Shown here: positions 1 to 9,130 of the stretch, one piece after another | Layout: every line of letters begins with the position of its first letter | How positions within the stretch are numbered: the stretch's first letter is position 1 | Made by a program: the position numbers and the translations under genes | The notes under the pieces: model-generated | What the model was told of the DNA's origin: nothing | Seen by the model: only the letters and a program-made list of their open reading frames with translations | Databases searched by the model: none | Source of the DNA: a virus | Virus record (IMG/VR): IMGVR_UViG_3300048998_000125 | Coordinates: 1 to 39,994 of that record | Strand: one strand, 5' to 3' | Length of the DNA: 39,994 nucleotides

Positions 1-127
1 CAAGTCCAACCCGCAGCAGCGCCCACGCGCGCGCAGATCGATCACTTCGAATCCGAGTTGCGGAAACTCCCTCAAAAAGAAGCACGTACCGAGCATACGT
101 TCGGCCCGGGGTTCTACGCCCGAACCA
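1..127. repeat. Terminal direct repeat, copy 1 of 2 (identical to 39868..39994)
   Basis: Bases 1-127 recur base-for-base at 39868-39994 and the match runs exactly to the window end, so the unique sequence is 39,867 bp. The repeat lies inside a coding frame. It therefore looks like an assembly/circularisation overlap or terminal redundancy rather than an att site. Confidence 0.95.
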
Positions 128-441
128 TCTGGCTCGATGCCGGCGACACGCTAACCGGCAAAGTCCACGCGACCGAGCACATTTTCATCCTCTCCGAGGG
201 CGAGTTACTGGTTGCCACGGAAGACGGCACCGCCCACATCAAAGCCCCGTACCAGGCCGTTTGCCGTGCAGGGTTGAAGCGCGTGGGCCACGCGCTGACC
301 GATGTCCGCTGCTCGAACGTGCACATCACCACCGAAACCGATCTGGCGAAGCTCGAAGCCGCATTGATCATTCCCGACGAGCCGGCCGCTATCGCAGACC
401 AAACATCGAAGGAGTGCCTACCATGGCCTGGGCAGCAGTAA
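1..441 (+). CDS. 3' part of the cupin-like protein that starts at 39847
   Basis: The frame is open from the window edge. GPGFYARTIWLDAGDTLTGKVHATEHIFILSEGELLV...RVGHAL resembles a small double-stranded beta-helix core with His ligands. The gene sits between the needle-like gene and the ejection-protein genes (P22 gp14 slot). Confidence 0.6.
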   Translation, partial: QVQPAAAPTRAQIDHFESELRKLPQKEARTEHTFGPGFYARTIWLDAGDTLTGKVHATEHIFILSEGELLVATEDGTAHIKAPYQAVCRAGLKRVGHALTDVRCSNVHITTETDLAKLEAALIIPDEPAAIADQTSKECLPWPGQQ

Positions 442-1148
442 TTACCGGCGGGGCGACTCTCCTGGGCGGCATGATGTCGTCCGGCAGTCAGCAGCAAGCG
501 GGACAACAAGCCAGTGGCGACCAAAGCGCCGCCGCACTGGCCGGCATCGCCGAGCAGCGCCGGCAATTTGACTCCGTACGCTCGCTGCTTGATCCGTATG
601 TCACGGGCGGCAATGACGCACTGTCGCTGCAGCGCGGCCTTACTGGTCTCAATGGCGCCGAAAACCAGGACGCGGCCGTCCGCTCGATCCAGAACTCGCC
701 CCAATTCAAGGCGATGCTGGACCAAGGGGAAACCTCCATTTTGCAAAATGCATCGGCAACTGGCGGCCTGCGCGGCGGTAACACGCAAGGCGCGCTGGCG
801 CAGTTTAGCCCGATGCTGCTTGCCCAACTGATTGACTCCCAATACGCAAAGCTGGGCGGACTGACCAGCGTCGGCCAGAACGCTGCCGCGGGCGTGGGCA
901 ATGCGGGCATGCAGACCGGCAGCCAGGTTGCAGCGCTTTTGCAGCAGCAGGGCGCAGCGCAGGCTGGTGGCGCGCTGGCAAACGGTCGCGCGCAGTCCGG
1001 AATGATCAATTCGATTGCAGGCGGTGTCGGACAGTTCGCTGGCATGGGCGGCTTTGGCAGCAGCGGCTACAACCATGCCGCAGCAGATCCTACGTATGGT
1101 GCCGGCGCGCTATATCCGGACACCGCAACGATGCAGACATATTTCTGA
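423..1148 (+). CDS. Internal virion / DNA-ejection protein, Gly/Gln/Ala-rich (P22 gp7-position analogue)
   Basis: ATG 423 lies 7 nt after GAAGGAG (the track ORF from 261 is an upstream extension). 241 aa, starting MAWAAVITGGATLLGGMMSSG (hydrophobic N-terminus). It is the first of three consecutive genes of 241/432/968 aa where P22 has gp7/gp20/gp16 (229/471/609 aa). Confidence 0.7.
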   Translation: MAWAAVITGGATLLGGMMSSGSQQQAGQQASGDQSAAALAGIAEQRRQFDSVRSLLDPYVTGGNDALSLQRGLTGLNGAENQDAAVRSIQNSPQFKAMLDQGETSILQNASATGGLRGGNTQGALAQFSPMLLAQLIDSQYAKLGGLTSVGQNAAAGVGNAGMQTGSQVAALLQQQGAAQAGGALANGRAQSGMINSIAGGVGQFAGMGGFGSSGYNHAAADPTYGAGALYPDTATMQTYF

Positions 1149-1156
1149 GGACCGCC

Positions 1157-2455
1157 ATGCAGCCAGTCGACTACACGATCAACATTCCAACGCCGCTGGA
1201 AGCGCAAGCGCAAGGCTTTCAACTGGGCGCAGCCGAACAACAGCAGCAGGCGCAAGTGCAGGCCCGGCAGCAGGCGCTCGTGCAACAGCAGCAGATGCAG
1301 GCCGATCTTGCGGCGCTGGCCAGCAAGCCGAACCCGACCGGACAGGATTACGCCGCGGTGATGACGCGCTATCCGCAGCTTGCGGACCACTTCAAAAAGT
1401 CGTGGGACGTGCTCAACGGCGCGCAGCAACAGACCCAGCTGGACCAAGCGTCGCAGGTCTACTCCGCTGTCCTGAGCGGGCAGCCACAGGTAGCTTCGAA
1501 GATGCTCCGAGACCAAGCGGTCGCGCAACGCAACAGCGGCCAGGAACAGCAGGCCAAGGCTGCCGAAACAATGGCGCAGTGGGTGGACCTGCACCCGGAA
1601 TCTGCGAAAACGACGGTCGGCCTCGCGCTGGCTGCAAAGCTGGGCCCGGAGAAATTCGGCAGCACGTTTGCCACCCTGGGCGATCAGTCGCGCGCCGCCG
1701 AGAAGCAGCCGCTGGAGCTGCAGAAGACGAACGCTGAGATCAGCAATATCAGCAGCCAGATCGAAAACCGCGCCGGTCAGCTTGCGCTCGACCAGGACAA
1801 GCTTAGGTCCGATGTGCAGCTAAAACTGTACGAGCTGGGGCAGAAAGCCAACACACTCACCGACGACGCCAAAAAGATCATCAACGATTCGACCATTGCT
1901 TCGGTGGCCGCCGACCAGTCAGCAGCGCAGATGCTTTCGATGGCCGACCGCCTCGAAAAGACTGATCCGTCGTCTGGTCTCTACGCCAAGGGTCAAGAGC
2001 TGTACAAGTCCGCCACCGGCAACCAGGACGCGATCACCCAACTGCGGCAGGAATATACCCGGCTGCGCTCCAAGCAGGTGCTGGCCAATCTGCCGCAAGG
2101 TCCGGCCTCCGACAAGGACGTCGCCTTCGCTGCAAAGGGTTTTCCGGACGAAACGGCAGACGCCAAATCAATGGCGCAATTCGTGCGCGGCATGGCCAAG
2201 ATTCAGCAGGCCGGCAGCGCGCTAGATGCCGCGCAAGCCGAGTGGGTGAACTCCGTCGGCCACATGGGCAAGCCGAAAACCGACATTGAAATCGAAGGCG
2301 TCAAGGTGCCGGCCGGCTCCACTTTCACGGACTTCTCCAAGCAGTATCTCAAGAAGCTGACCGACAAGCGGGCGACCGAACAACAGGCTGAGGCAGGCGC
2401 CAGGCAGGTGCAGAGCCGGTCGTACATGCGCTTTGCTCAACCAGGGGCGCAGTGA
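1157..2455 (+). CDS. Internal virion / ejection protein, Gln-rich coiled-coil (gp20-position analogue)
   Basis: ATG 1157 follows GAGGA. 432 aa with a poly-Q/A N-terminus and long helical segments. Its stop overlaps the next start (TGATG). Confidence 0.7.
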   Translation: MQPVDYTINIPTPLEAQAQGFQLGAAEQQQQAQVQARQQALVQQQQMQADLAALASKPNPTGQDYAAVMTRYPQLADHFKKSWDVLNGAQQQTQLDQASQVYSAVLSGQPQVASKMLRDQAVAQRNSGQEQQAKAAETMAQWVDLHPESAKTTVGLALAAKLGPEKFGSTFATLGDQSRAAEKQPLELQKTNAEISNISSQIENRAGQLALDQDKLRSDVQLKLYELGQKANTLTDDAKKIINDSTIASVAADQSAAQMLSMADRLEKTDPSSGLYAKGQELYKSATGNQDAITQLRQEYTRLRSKQVLANLPQGPASDKDVAFAAKGFPDETADAKSMAQFVRGMAKIQQAGSALDAAQAEWVNSVGHMGKPKTDIEIEGVKVPAGSTFTDFSKQYLKKLTDKRATEQQAEAGARQVQSRSYMRFAQPGAQ

Positions 2456-5361
2456 TGGCCGACGTGCCGAACTCGCACAAGGATCCGTACTGGTCGCAGC
2501 TTGCAAGCGTGACCGAGGACAAGGTCGGGATTCCGAAGGGACTGCTGCAGAGCATTCTCACGCGCGGCGAGCGGTCGAACAATGACCAGGTGAGCGACGC
2601 CGGCGCGCGTACGCCGTTCCAGATCATCCCGCAGACACGCAAAGCCGCGATCGACAAATGGGGTATTGACCCGTACCTGTCGCCAGAGAACGCCGCCGAG
2701 GTTGCTGGTCTCCTGCTGAAAGACTCGATCCAGCGCAACAAGGGCAACGTTGCCGAGGCCGTGGGCGAGTATGTCGGCGGCACCGATCGCAAAAACTGGG
2801 GCCCGGTCACCAAGTCCTACATCAACCGCGTGATGACCGGAATCAATACGCCGTCAATCGCCGCAACGTTGAACCAAGGCACGGGAACCGCCCAAGGCGG
2901 CACGCAATCGACCTTCGACAAGGTGCAGGCGCAGATGAAAGCGCAAGCGCCCCAAACCCCGCAAATCGCGGCGATCTACAGCGCTTACCAATCAGGGCAG
3001 ATGACGCCGGAAGAGGCCGCCGACTTCGAAAAGGATGTGAAGTCCGGTGCGCTGATGCTCCCGCGCGGCGCGACACTCAAGGCCGATGCGGGTTCCAGCG
3101 GTGGCGCGCCCGCTGCTGCAGCTGGTGCTGGCGGCTCTGAAATTCCCGACGCGGTGTTCAATGCCTACCGGTCCGGCGCCATGTCCACCGACGAGCGCCG
3201 CGAATTCGAAGCCGACCTGAAATCCGGCGCGATCAAGTTGTCGCCGGCGCAGCAGAACCCGGCAACATCGGCAAACGGCATTCCGCTGCCGAACGGGACG
3301 ACGTTCCAACCGAACGTGACGCCGGCCGATCCGACCCTGGTGCAAAAGGCGATCGGAGCCGGGGAGGCTGGTTTGACTGCTGTCACCGGCGGCACCACCG
3401 GCGCCCTGGGCATGGTAGGCGGCACGGTTGGCGGTCTCGTCGGGTCGGTCATGTCCGGCGACTTCGGCACGCCGCAGGGCGTCAAAAATGTAGAGCAGGC
3501 CGCGGCGGCCGGCGCCGACGCACTGACATATGCGCCGCGCACGGCGTCAGGGCAGGATCAGGCGCATGCGGTCGGGCAGGCCATGCAGCAGTTGATCCCG
3601 GTCGCGCCGCTGGCTGGTGAGGCTGCAATGATGGGCCGCGCCGGCGCGCCGGCCGTGATGGCAACGCAGGACGCCATTCGAGCAGCGCCGCAAGCCGTGG
3701 CTGATGCACTGGGTGCGGGTAAGCCTGCCGCCGTGGCAGCGCCGGCAGAGGCAGGTGGCGCGGCGGTAGCAGCGGCGGCTGTTCCAGCGATTGCGACGGA
3801 AGTCGTCGCGCCGGCCGCGCCAGCCCTGGCCGCGCCGGAACTCGCCCAAGTCGCAAAGAAAGCAGCAGACGGTGGCTTCGGAAGCCGCCGGGCCAAAGAG
3901 GTATTGGCCGGGGAGGCTGCGCCCGATCCGAAGGTGCTGGAAGCTGCAAAGCGCCTCGGCATTGACGAATACCTGCAGCCCGATCACGTCACCACGAATC
4001 AGGCCTATCGCGAGCTGGCGCAGGCCGTAAAGTCGATCCCAGGCTCGGAAGCGCGCGCCGCTGAAATGGTCGGTCTGGAAGCGGTTGCCAAGCGCGCCGA
4101 CCAGCTCATAGACGAGATCGGCGGCACGTCCGATCTTTCGACGCTCGATTCGAGCATCAAGGTGCGCCTGAACGAAACGCAGCGCAACCTGGACAAGAAG
4201 GCCGAGTCGCTCTACGACCAGGTGCGCCAAGCGATTCCAGCTTCCACGCCGGTGGCCGCGCCGAAGACTGTAGCGTTCTTGACCGGCCTGGCCGAAGACA
4301 TGGGCGGCGTGGCCAAGATGCCATCCGGCGAGCGCGCGCTGCTGCAATCCCTGAAGCCAGCCGACAACGCGCCGCTGACCTATGCGTTTCTGGATTTCAA
4401 GCGCAAGGAACTCGGCCAGGCGATGCGCAGCGGCTCGGGCGCGTTCAAGGATGCGGAGTCCGGACTGGTGAAAAAGCTGTATCGCACGCTGTCGGAAGAC
4501 CAGGAAGCGGTCGCGCAAGCGGCTGGCGCTGGCGAGCTATTCGGCGCGGCCAAGTCGGCGGTGCGCCAGCGCAAGGCGGTCGAAGACGATCTGGCGGCGC
4601 TGTTCGGTCGCAACCTGGATAAGTCCTTCGTCGGCTCCCTGTCCTCCAGTGTCAAGGCGCTGCCGGCAGGCGATCCCTCCGGATTCATCAAGCTGCTCAA
4701 AGCCGTGCCGGAAGACATGCGGCAGGACGTGGTGGCGTCCGGCCTGAACACCGCTTTCGGCAAGAACGCGAAAAACGGCAATCTCAATTTCAACAGCTAT
4801 GCGAACTGGTACGAGGGCATGCTGCGAAACAAGCAGTCCCACACCGCGCTCATGTCGAACCTGCCGCCCGGCGCGCGCAAGCAGTTGAGCGACCTTTACC
4901 GCGTATCCGATGGTGTGCGCCAAGCCACGCGCGAACGCATCACCACGGGCCGTATTCAGGCCGTGGCGAACGACATTCAGGGCGCCGACACCTTAATGGC
5001 AAATATTTACGGCCTGGCGCGCCGGGCGTCGGTCGGCTTGGCTGCCGAGGCCGTAACGACGCCAATGGGCGTTCCTGGTGCCGGCCTGGCTTCTGGGTTG
5101 ACGTCGGCGCTCACCAAAGGAAAAACGAACTACTTGCGCGCCGCGGACGCCCTGATCGCATCGCCAGAGTTCGCCAACCTGGTCAAGAACAGTGACAAAC
5201 CGAAAGCGAAAAAAGCCGCGGTGGCGCAGCTCGCGCACTCAGCCGCATTCAATAAATTCATGCGCGCGGTAGGCAAGCCTGCCGAAATGAAAGACCGTCA
5301 GCAATGGCTTGTCAACGCAATGGCCACCTCGGGCCAACAACCTCAGCAAAACAAAAAGTGA
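2455..5361 (+). CDS. Internal virion protein with N-terminal lytic transglycosylase (SLT) domain (gp16-position analogue)
   Basis: GLLQSILTRGERSNNDQVSDAGARTPFQIIPQTRKAAIDKWGIDPY matches the SLT catalytic E-S ... G-x-FQI signature. Long Ala/Pro/Gly low-complexity linkers; 968 aa. Confidence 0.8.
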   Translation: MADVPNSHKDPYWSQLASVTEDKVGIPKGLLQSILTRGERSNNDQVSDAGARTPFQIIPQTRKAAIDKWGIDPYLSPENAAEVAGLLLKDSIQRNKGNVAEAVGEYVGGTDRKNWGPVTKSYINRVMTGINTPSIAATLNQGTGTAQGGTQSTFDKVQAQMKAQAPQTPQIAAIYSAYQSGQMTPEEAADFEKDVKSGALMLPRGATLKADAGSSGGAPAAAAGAGGSEIPDAVFNAYRSGAMSTDERREFEADLKSGAIKLSPAQQNPATSANGIPLPNGTTFQPNVTPADPTLVQKAIGAGEAGLTAVTGGTTGALGMVGGTVGGLVGSVMSGDFGTPQGVKNVEQAAAAGADALTYAPRTASGQDQAHAVGQAMQQLIPVAPLAGEAAMMGRAGAPAVMATQDAIRAAPQAVADALGAGKPAAVAAPAEAGGAAVAAAAVPAIATEVVAPAAPALAAPELAQVAKKAADGGFGSRRAKEVLAGEAAPDPKVLEAAKRLGIDEYLQPDHVTTNQAYRELAQAVKSIPGSEARAAEMVGLEAVAKRADQLIDEIGGTSDLSTLDSSIKVRLNETQRNLDKKAESLYDQVRQAIPASTPVAAPKTVAFLTGLAEDMGGVAKMPSGERALLQSLKPADNAPLTYAFLDFKRKELGQAMRSGSGAFKDAESGLVKKLYRTLSEDQEAVAQAAGAGELFGAAKSAVRQRKAVEDDLAALFGRNLDKSFVGSLSSSVKALPAGDPSGFIKLLKAVPEDMRQDVVASGLNTAFGKNAKNGNLNFNSYANWYEGMLRNKQSHTALMSNLPPGARKQLSDLYRVSDGVRQATRERITTGRIQAVANDIQGADTLMANIYGLARRASVGLAAEAVTTPMGVPGAGLASGLTSALTKGKTNYLRAADALIASPEFANLVKNSDKPKAKKAAVAQLAHSAAFNKFMRAVGKPAEMKDRQQWLVNAMATSGQQPQQNKK

Positions 5362-5368
5362 GCTAATC

Positions 5369-7684
5369 ATGCTACCTACCGCACTCCCATTTCCGCTGTT
5401 CAGTGACGTAGACGGCCGGCCGCTCAACGGTGGCAGTATCTATTTCGGCGTCGAAAATCTGAACCCGGAGACGAATCCAATCGTCGTCTACTGGGACGCT
5501 GCCGGCACGCAACCAGCTTCCCAACCGATCAGCACGCTCAACGGCTACATCGTGCGCTCCGGCACCCCGGCGCGCGTGTACGCCAACAGCGCCTATTCCA
5601 TCACCGTGCGTAACACACGCGGCGAGCAGGTCTACACCGCGCCGAGTTCGTCGGCATTCGATCCCTCGTCGGCGCTGCTGGCATCGTTGGACGCCTATGT
5701 CCTGGCGTCGGCTGGCAAGGTGGTGAACTCCTTCGCCGCCCTGCGCGCGCTGAGCAAACTCGTCAACACCTATGCCTTCGTCACTGGCAGCGCCACCATC
5801 GGCGACGGCGGCGGCGGCGCCTTCCGCTACGACTCGACCGATACGACATCCACAGACAACGGCGTGAGCACCATCGTCGCAAGCGACGGCGGCCGCTGGA
5901 AGCTGTACCAGGGGATTCCTCGAGTAAAAGGCGTCTCGACGATTGCGATGGGTCTGAATTCGGCGACGGCTGAGACGACCGGTTACGAGAACATCGCGAT
6001 CGGCCAGGACACGCTGACCAACAACACCACGGCATTCGGCAACCTGGCCATGGGCCGCTACGCCCTGCAGAACGCGAATATCAAGGTGACCAATATCACC
6101 GGCTGCGCGAACAACGGATCCGGCCTGATCCGAGTCACCGCGCCGAGCCATGGTTTCAGCTGGACCAATTACGCAGTGGAAGTCATCATTTCCGGCGTGC
6201 TGGGTTGCACAGAAGCGAACGGAAGCTGGACGGCGACGGTCATCAACGCCAACACATTCGACCTGCAAAGCTCGGCATTCGTGCATGCCTACACGTCCGG
6301 CGGCACAGTGAAGGGACAGACCTACGTCGCGGGCTGGAACGTGGCGCTCGGCAACTACTCACTGCGCGCGCTGACCACGGGGTGGCAGAACACGGCTTGC
6401 GGCGTCTCTGCGCTGGCGAATAACACTTACGGCAATTTCAACACCGGCCTGGGCTACGGTGCGCTGCAGAGCAATATCAGCGGGTACGAAAACACTGCCG
6501 TCGGCACCATCTGCATGGTCTCGGGCGACAATTCCGGCCTTTTCCGAAACGTCGCGGTCGGCTTTGCCAGCTTGGGCGCGCTCGGGCAATTCGCGCTCGT
6601 CGCCGGTGCGAACAGTTACCAAAACGTCGCGGTCGGACACAACTCCGGCTCAGGTGTGCGCAACGGCACTGACAATGTGCTGCTCGGTTCGTCTTCCGGC
6701 CTCGGCATGCTTTCCGGCAGCCGAAACACATTCCTCGGTGCCAACACGCTTTATGCTGCGTCAGCTGCGGTCAACACCGACGACAACACGATGGTCGGCT
6801 ACAACTGCGGCACGGGGCTAACTTCTGGCAGTGGCAACACGTTCATCGGCTGCTCGGTCGCGCCGCCAGCCGCCGCTTGCAGCAACACGCTAATCATCGG
6901 CGCCGGATCAAGCGGCGCCAAGAAAATCATGGTCGTGAGCAGCAACACCGCCATGGGCTTAGACGCATGCTTCCCGAACCTGACATCTGGCGTCGATAAC
7001 ACGATGATCGGCCACCAGGCGGGCGGCCCACTGAACAGCGGCTCTAACAACACTGGCATCGGCGCTTATTCGCTTTTCTCGGTTACCACCGGATCGAACA
7101 ACAGCGGCATGAACGGCGGCGGGTTCAGCATCAGCAGCGGCTCTAACAACCTCATGCTCGGCCGCGATGCCGGATACACCACCAGCCCGTCGGGCAACAT
7201 CACCACGCAAAACAACGTGATCTGCTTGGGCGACAACAACATCGCGACCGCATACATCAAGGTCGCATGGACCGTTACCTCGGACAAGCGCGACAAGACC
7301 GACGTTCAGGACTTCGGGTACGGGCTTTCCTTCGTCAACGCGCTGCGCCCAGTGAAATTCCGCTGGGACGATCGGACGAAATATTGGGAGGAAGTCGAAG
7401 AGCGCGACGGCGAGGAAATCAAGCGCAAACACATCAAGCACAAACAGGACGGCTCGAAGGCTGACGAGAAGTTTACCGTCGGCTTCCTGTCTCAGGACGT
7501 GATCGCTGCGGAGAAGAAACACGGCGCGACCGACGGAAATCTGCTGATCGCTGACGACAGCAATCCGGATCTGCTGCGCATCACGGAAAGCAAGATGCTC
7601 CCGGCGCTGGTCAAGGCCGTGCAGGAGCTGTCGCTGCTGGTTCAGGAACAGGCGAAGCAGATAGCGGCGCTACAGCAAAAGTGA
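5369..7684 (+). CDS. Tailspike / tail fibre: P22 gp9-like head-binding N-terminus, NT-x-x-G beta-helix repeats, C-terminal peptidase S74 intramolecular chaperone
   Basis: ATG 5369 (M21 of track ORF 5309). The N-terminus LNGGSIYFGVENLNPETNPIVVYWDAAGTQPASQPISTLNGYIV parallels P22 gp9 [30 protein letters not shown]...QPLIINAAGKIV. There are dozens of G-x-x-NT-x-x-G repeats. TSDKRDKTDV (Ser codon 7280-7282) matches the S-D-x-R-x-K autocleavage site of endosialidase-type chaperones. Confidence 0.85.
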   Translation: MLPTALPFPLFSDVDGRPLNGGSIYFGVENLNPETNPIVVYWDAAGTQPASQPISTLNGYIVRSGTPARVYANSAYSITVRNTRGEQVYTAPSSSAFDPSSALLASLDAYVLASAGKVVNSFAALRALSKLVNTYAFVTGSATIGDGGGGAFRYDSTDTTSTDNGVSTIVASDGGRWKLYQGIPRVKGVSTIAMGLNSATAETTGYENIAIGQDTLTNNTTAFGNLAMGRYALQNANIKVTNITGCANNGSGLIRVTAPSHGFSWTNYAVEVIISGVLGCTEANGSWTATVINANTFDLQSSAFVHAYTSGGTVKGQTYVAGWNVALGNYSLRALTTGWQNTACGVSALANNTYGNFNTGLGYGALQSNISGYENTAVGTICMVSGDNSGLFRNVAVGFASLGALGQFALVAGANSYQNVAVGHNSGSGVRNGTDNVLLGSSSGLGMLSGSRNTFLGANTLYAASAAVNTDDNTMVGYNCGTGLTSGSGNTFIGCSVAPPAAACSNTLIIGAGSSGAKKIMVVSSNTAMGLDACFPNLTSGVDNTMIGHQAGGPLNSGSNNTGIGAYSLFSVTTGSNNSGMNGGGFSISSGSNNLMLGRDAGYTTSPSGNITTQNNVICLGDNNIATAYIKVAWTVTSDKRDKTDVQDFGYGLSFVNALRPVKFRWDDRTKYWEEVEERDGEEIKRKHIKHKQDGSKADEKFTVGFLSQDVIAAEKKHGATDGNLLIADDSNPDLLRITESKMLPALVKAVQELSLLVQEQAKQIAALQQK

Positions 7685-7716
7685 TTTTTCATCGACCTCA
7701 TGACAAAGGATTTAAC

Positions 7717-8154
7717 ATGGCAGAGCCAGTCAGCTCGTCTGCAGCCGCCGGGGGGGCGCTCATCAAGATATTCGGCCTACCGGTGCTGATCGGATCGATG
7801 GCCGCCGCATTGGGCTTTATCTTCCTCTGGCCGAAAACGAAGGGCGAAGCGTTCGCCCGATTCGCCACCTCGATCGTGCTATCTGCCATCGCAGGCCCGT
7901 TTCTGGTGGTGGTCCTGCGTTCGTGGATGCCCGGTCTCTTCGACTCGGCAAAGGATGTCGCGGGCATGTATGGCGCCGACACAGCGCTCGGCTTCCTGTT
8001 CATCGCTGCCCCGATCATGGTCGTGGCCGGCCTGCCTGCCTGGTGGATCATCGGCGGCTTCGTGCGTTGGTTTGAGAATCGCCGGGACAAGGATATCGGC
8101 GAGATGCTGGACGACGCTTCCGCCTCGGTCAAGAAAGTAAAGGAAGCGCTGTGA
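7717..8154 (+). CDS. Holin (class I-like, three predicted TM helices, charged C-tail)
   Basis: ATG 7717 follows AAAGGA. Three hydrophobic stretches are followed by RWFENRRDKDIGEMLDDASASVKKVKEAL. It lies directly upstream of, and overlaps (GTGA), the endolysin candidate. Confidence 0.7.
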   Translation: MAEPVSSSAAAGGALIKIFGLPVLIGSMAAALGFIFLWPKTKGEAFARFATSIVLSAIAGPFLVVVLRSWMPGLFDSAKDVAGMYGADTALGFLFIAAPIMVVAGLPAWWIIGGFVRWFENRRDKDIGEMLDDASASVKKVKEAL

Positions 8155-8561
8155 TCATCACCATTCGGCGCGACACTTTCGACCCGGCCTTCACGCTGGG
8201 AAAAATGCTGATCGACGGCTCGCCGTTCGGCGAGGTCTGCGAAGACACCGACCGCTATCTGGAAAACGGAGGGGAGAAACAATATGGCCGCACAGCTATA
8301 CCTCGTGGGCGGTACAAGATCGTCCTTTCCCGCTCGCAGCGCTTCGGCAAGATCATGCCCGAGGTCGTCGGTGTTCCCGGCTTTTCCGGCGTCCGCATAC
8401 ACGGCGGCAACCATGCTGCCGATACTCTGGGTTGCCCACTCCTGGGCGCTGTTCGGACTGCTGACGGGGTGCGCGACTGCGCGGCCATCAACAGCGAACT
8501 GATCGCCAAGCTTGCCGGCTGCGACAACCGCGGCGAACCTGTCTTTCTGGACGTGGAATGA
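8151..8561 (+). CDS. Endolysin candidate with YkuD/L,D-transpeptidase-like H-x-G-N...T-x-G-C motif (DUF5675-like)
   Basis: GTG 8151 follows AAGGAAG. The motif VRIHGGNHAADTLGCPLLG is present. 136 aa with no TM segment. The gene sits between the holin and the third lysis gene, with 4-nt overlaps on both sides. Confidence 0.55.
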   Translation: MIITIRRDTFDPAFTLGKMLIDGSPFGEVCEDTDRYLENGGEKQYGRTAIPRGRYKIVLSRSQRFGKIMPEVVGVPGFSGVRIHGGNHAADTLGCPLLGAVRTADGVRDCAAINSELIAKLAGCDNRGEPVFLDVE

Positions 8562-9130
8562 ACGGCGCCCCGGCCTCTAGTTGGGCGCTGCCCGGCGCGA
8601 TCGTGGCGGCCGGCGTCATTGCAACCGGCGGGTGGCTCTACCATGTGCGCAACGCGCTGCCCGACAAGGCCGGCCAGGTGGTGATCGCCACACCAGCGAA
8701 GGAAGTGGCCAGCGTCGAAAAGGTCGAGGTGCCGGTCAAGAAAGTGACCGTGTACAAGACCACGCCGGCGCTCAAGAAAAAGCTTGATCTGCCCCAGCCG
8801 GTGATCGATGACCAGCAGCAGGCCGTGCTCGCCTCGAGCAAAATCCCCGCCGGCGAGCGGGCCCATACCGTTACCACCGTGATCAACACCGATACCGGCA
8901 AGTCGGAGACGTACACGCGCACCGATCCGCTGCCCTGGTTGGCGTTCGAGAACCGCGGCGAAGTCGGGGTTTATGTCGGGGTGAAGAACGGACAGCAGGC
9001 GCTTCGCTTGCAGGCGCGCCAGGACTTCGTGCAGGTCAAGGCGCTGCACCTGGGCGTCGTTGGGTCGGTTGACGTCTCAGCCGGAAAGCCCGATGTGTTC
9101 GTCGGCGCCGGCGTCAGCTATCGCTGGTGA
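8558..9130 (+). CDS. Third lysis-cassette gene: N-terminal membrane anchor plus beta-rich C-terminal domain ending in aromatic residue (spanin-position protein)
   Basis: ATGA overlap with the endolysin gene. TM segment WALPGAIVAAGVIATGGWLY. The C-terminus shows alternating beta pattern ...GVYVGVKNGQQALRLQARQDFVQVKALHLGVVGSVDVSAGKPDVFVGAGVSYRW. No embedded lipoprotein ORF was found. Confidence 0.6.
   Translation: MNGAPASSWALPGAIVAAGVIATGGWLYHVRNALPDKAGQVVIATPAKEVASVEKVEVPVKKVTVYKTTPALKKKLDLPQPVIDDQQQAVLASSKIPAGERAHTVTTVINTDTGKSETYTRTDPLPWLAFENRGEVGVYVGVKNGQQALRLQARQDFVQVKALHLGVVGSVDVSAGKPDVFVGAGVSYRW

Noticed and set aside
1-127. 127-bp terminal repeats as prophage attL/attR
   Set aside because: The repeat lies within a structural-gene coding frame that is only complete after joining the ends, and no host-like genes flank it. 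A separate, much better attP candidate sits next to int at 11.4-11.6 kb.
261-422. Upstream 54-codon extensions of track ORFs: 261 for the gp7-like gene, 5309 for the tailspike, 7681 for the holin, 13954, 14363, 15782, 16399, 21929, 23494, 24587 and 27791
   Set aside because: The extensions are Arg-rich or overlap the preceding gene. Internal starts have good Shine-Dalgarno sequences or classic ATGA/GTGA coupling to the upstream stop.
8558-9130. Embedded Rz1-type o-spanin in an alternative frame of the third lysis gene (e.g. ORF 8581..8787)
   Set aside because: The only embedded ORF has no signal peptide and no lipobox (VALPC does not fit L-[ASTVI]-[GAS]-C), and it is Arg/Gly-rich shadow sequence.
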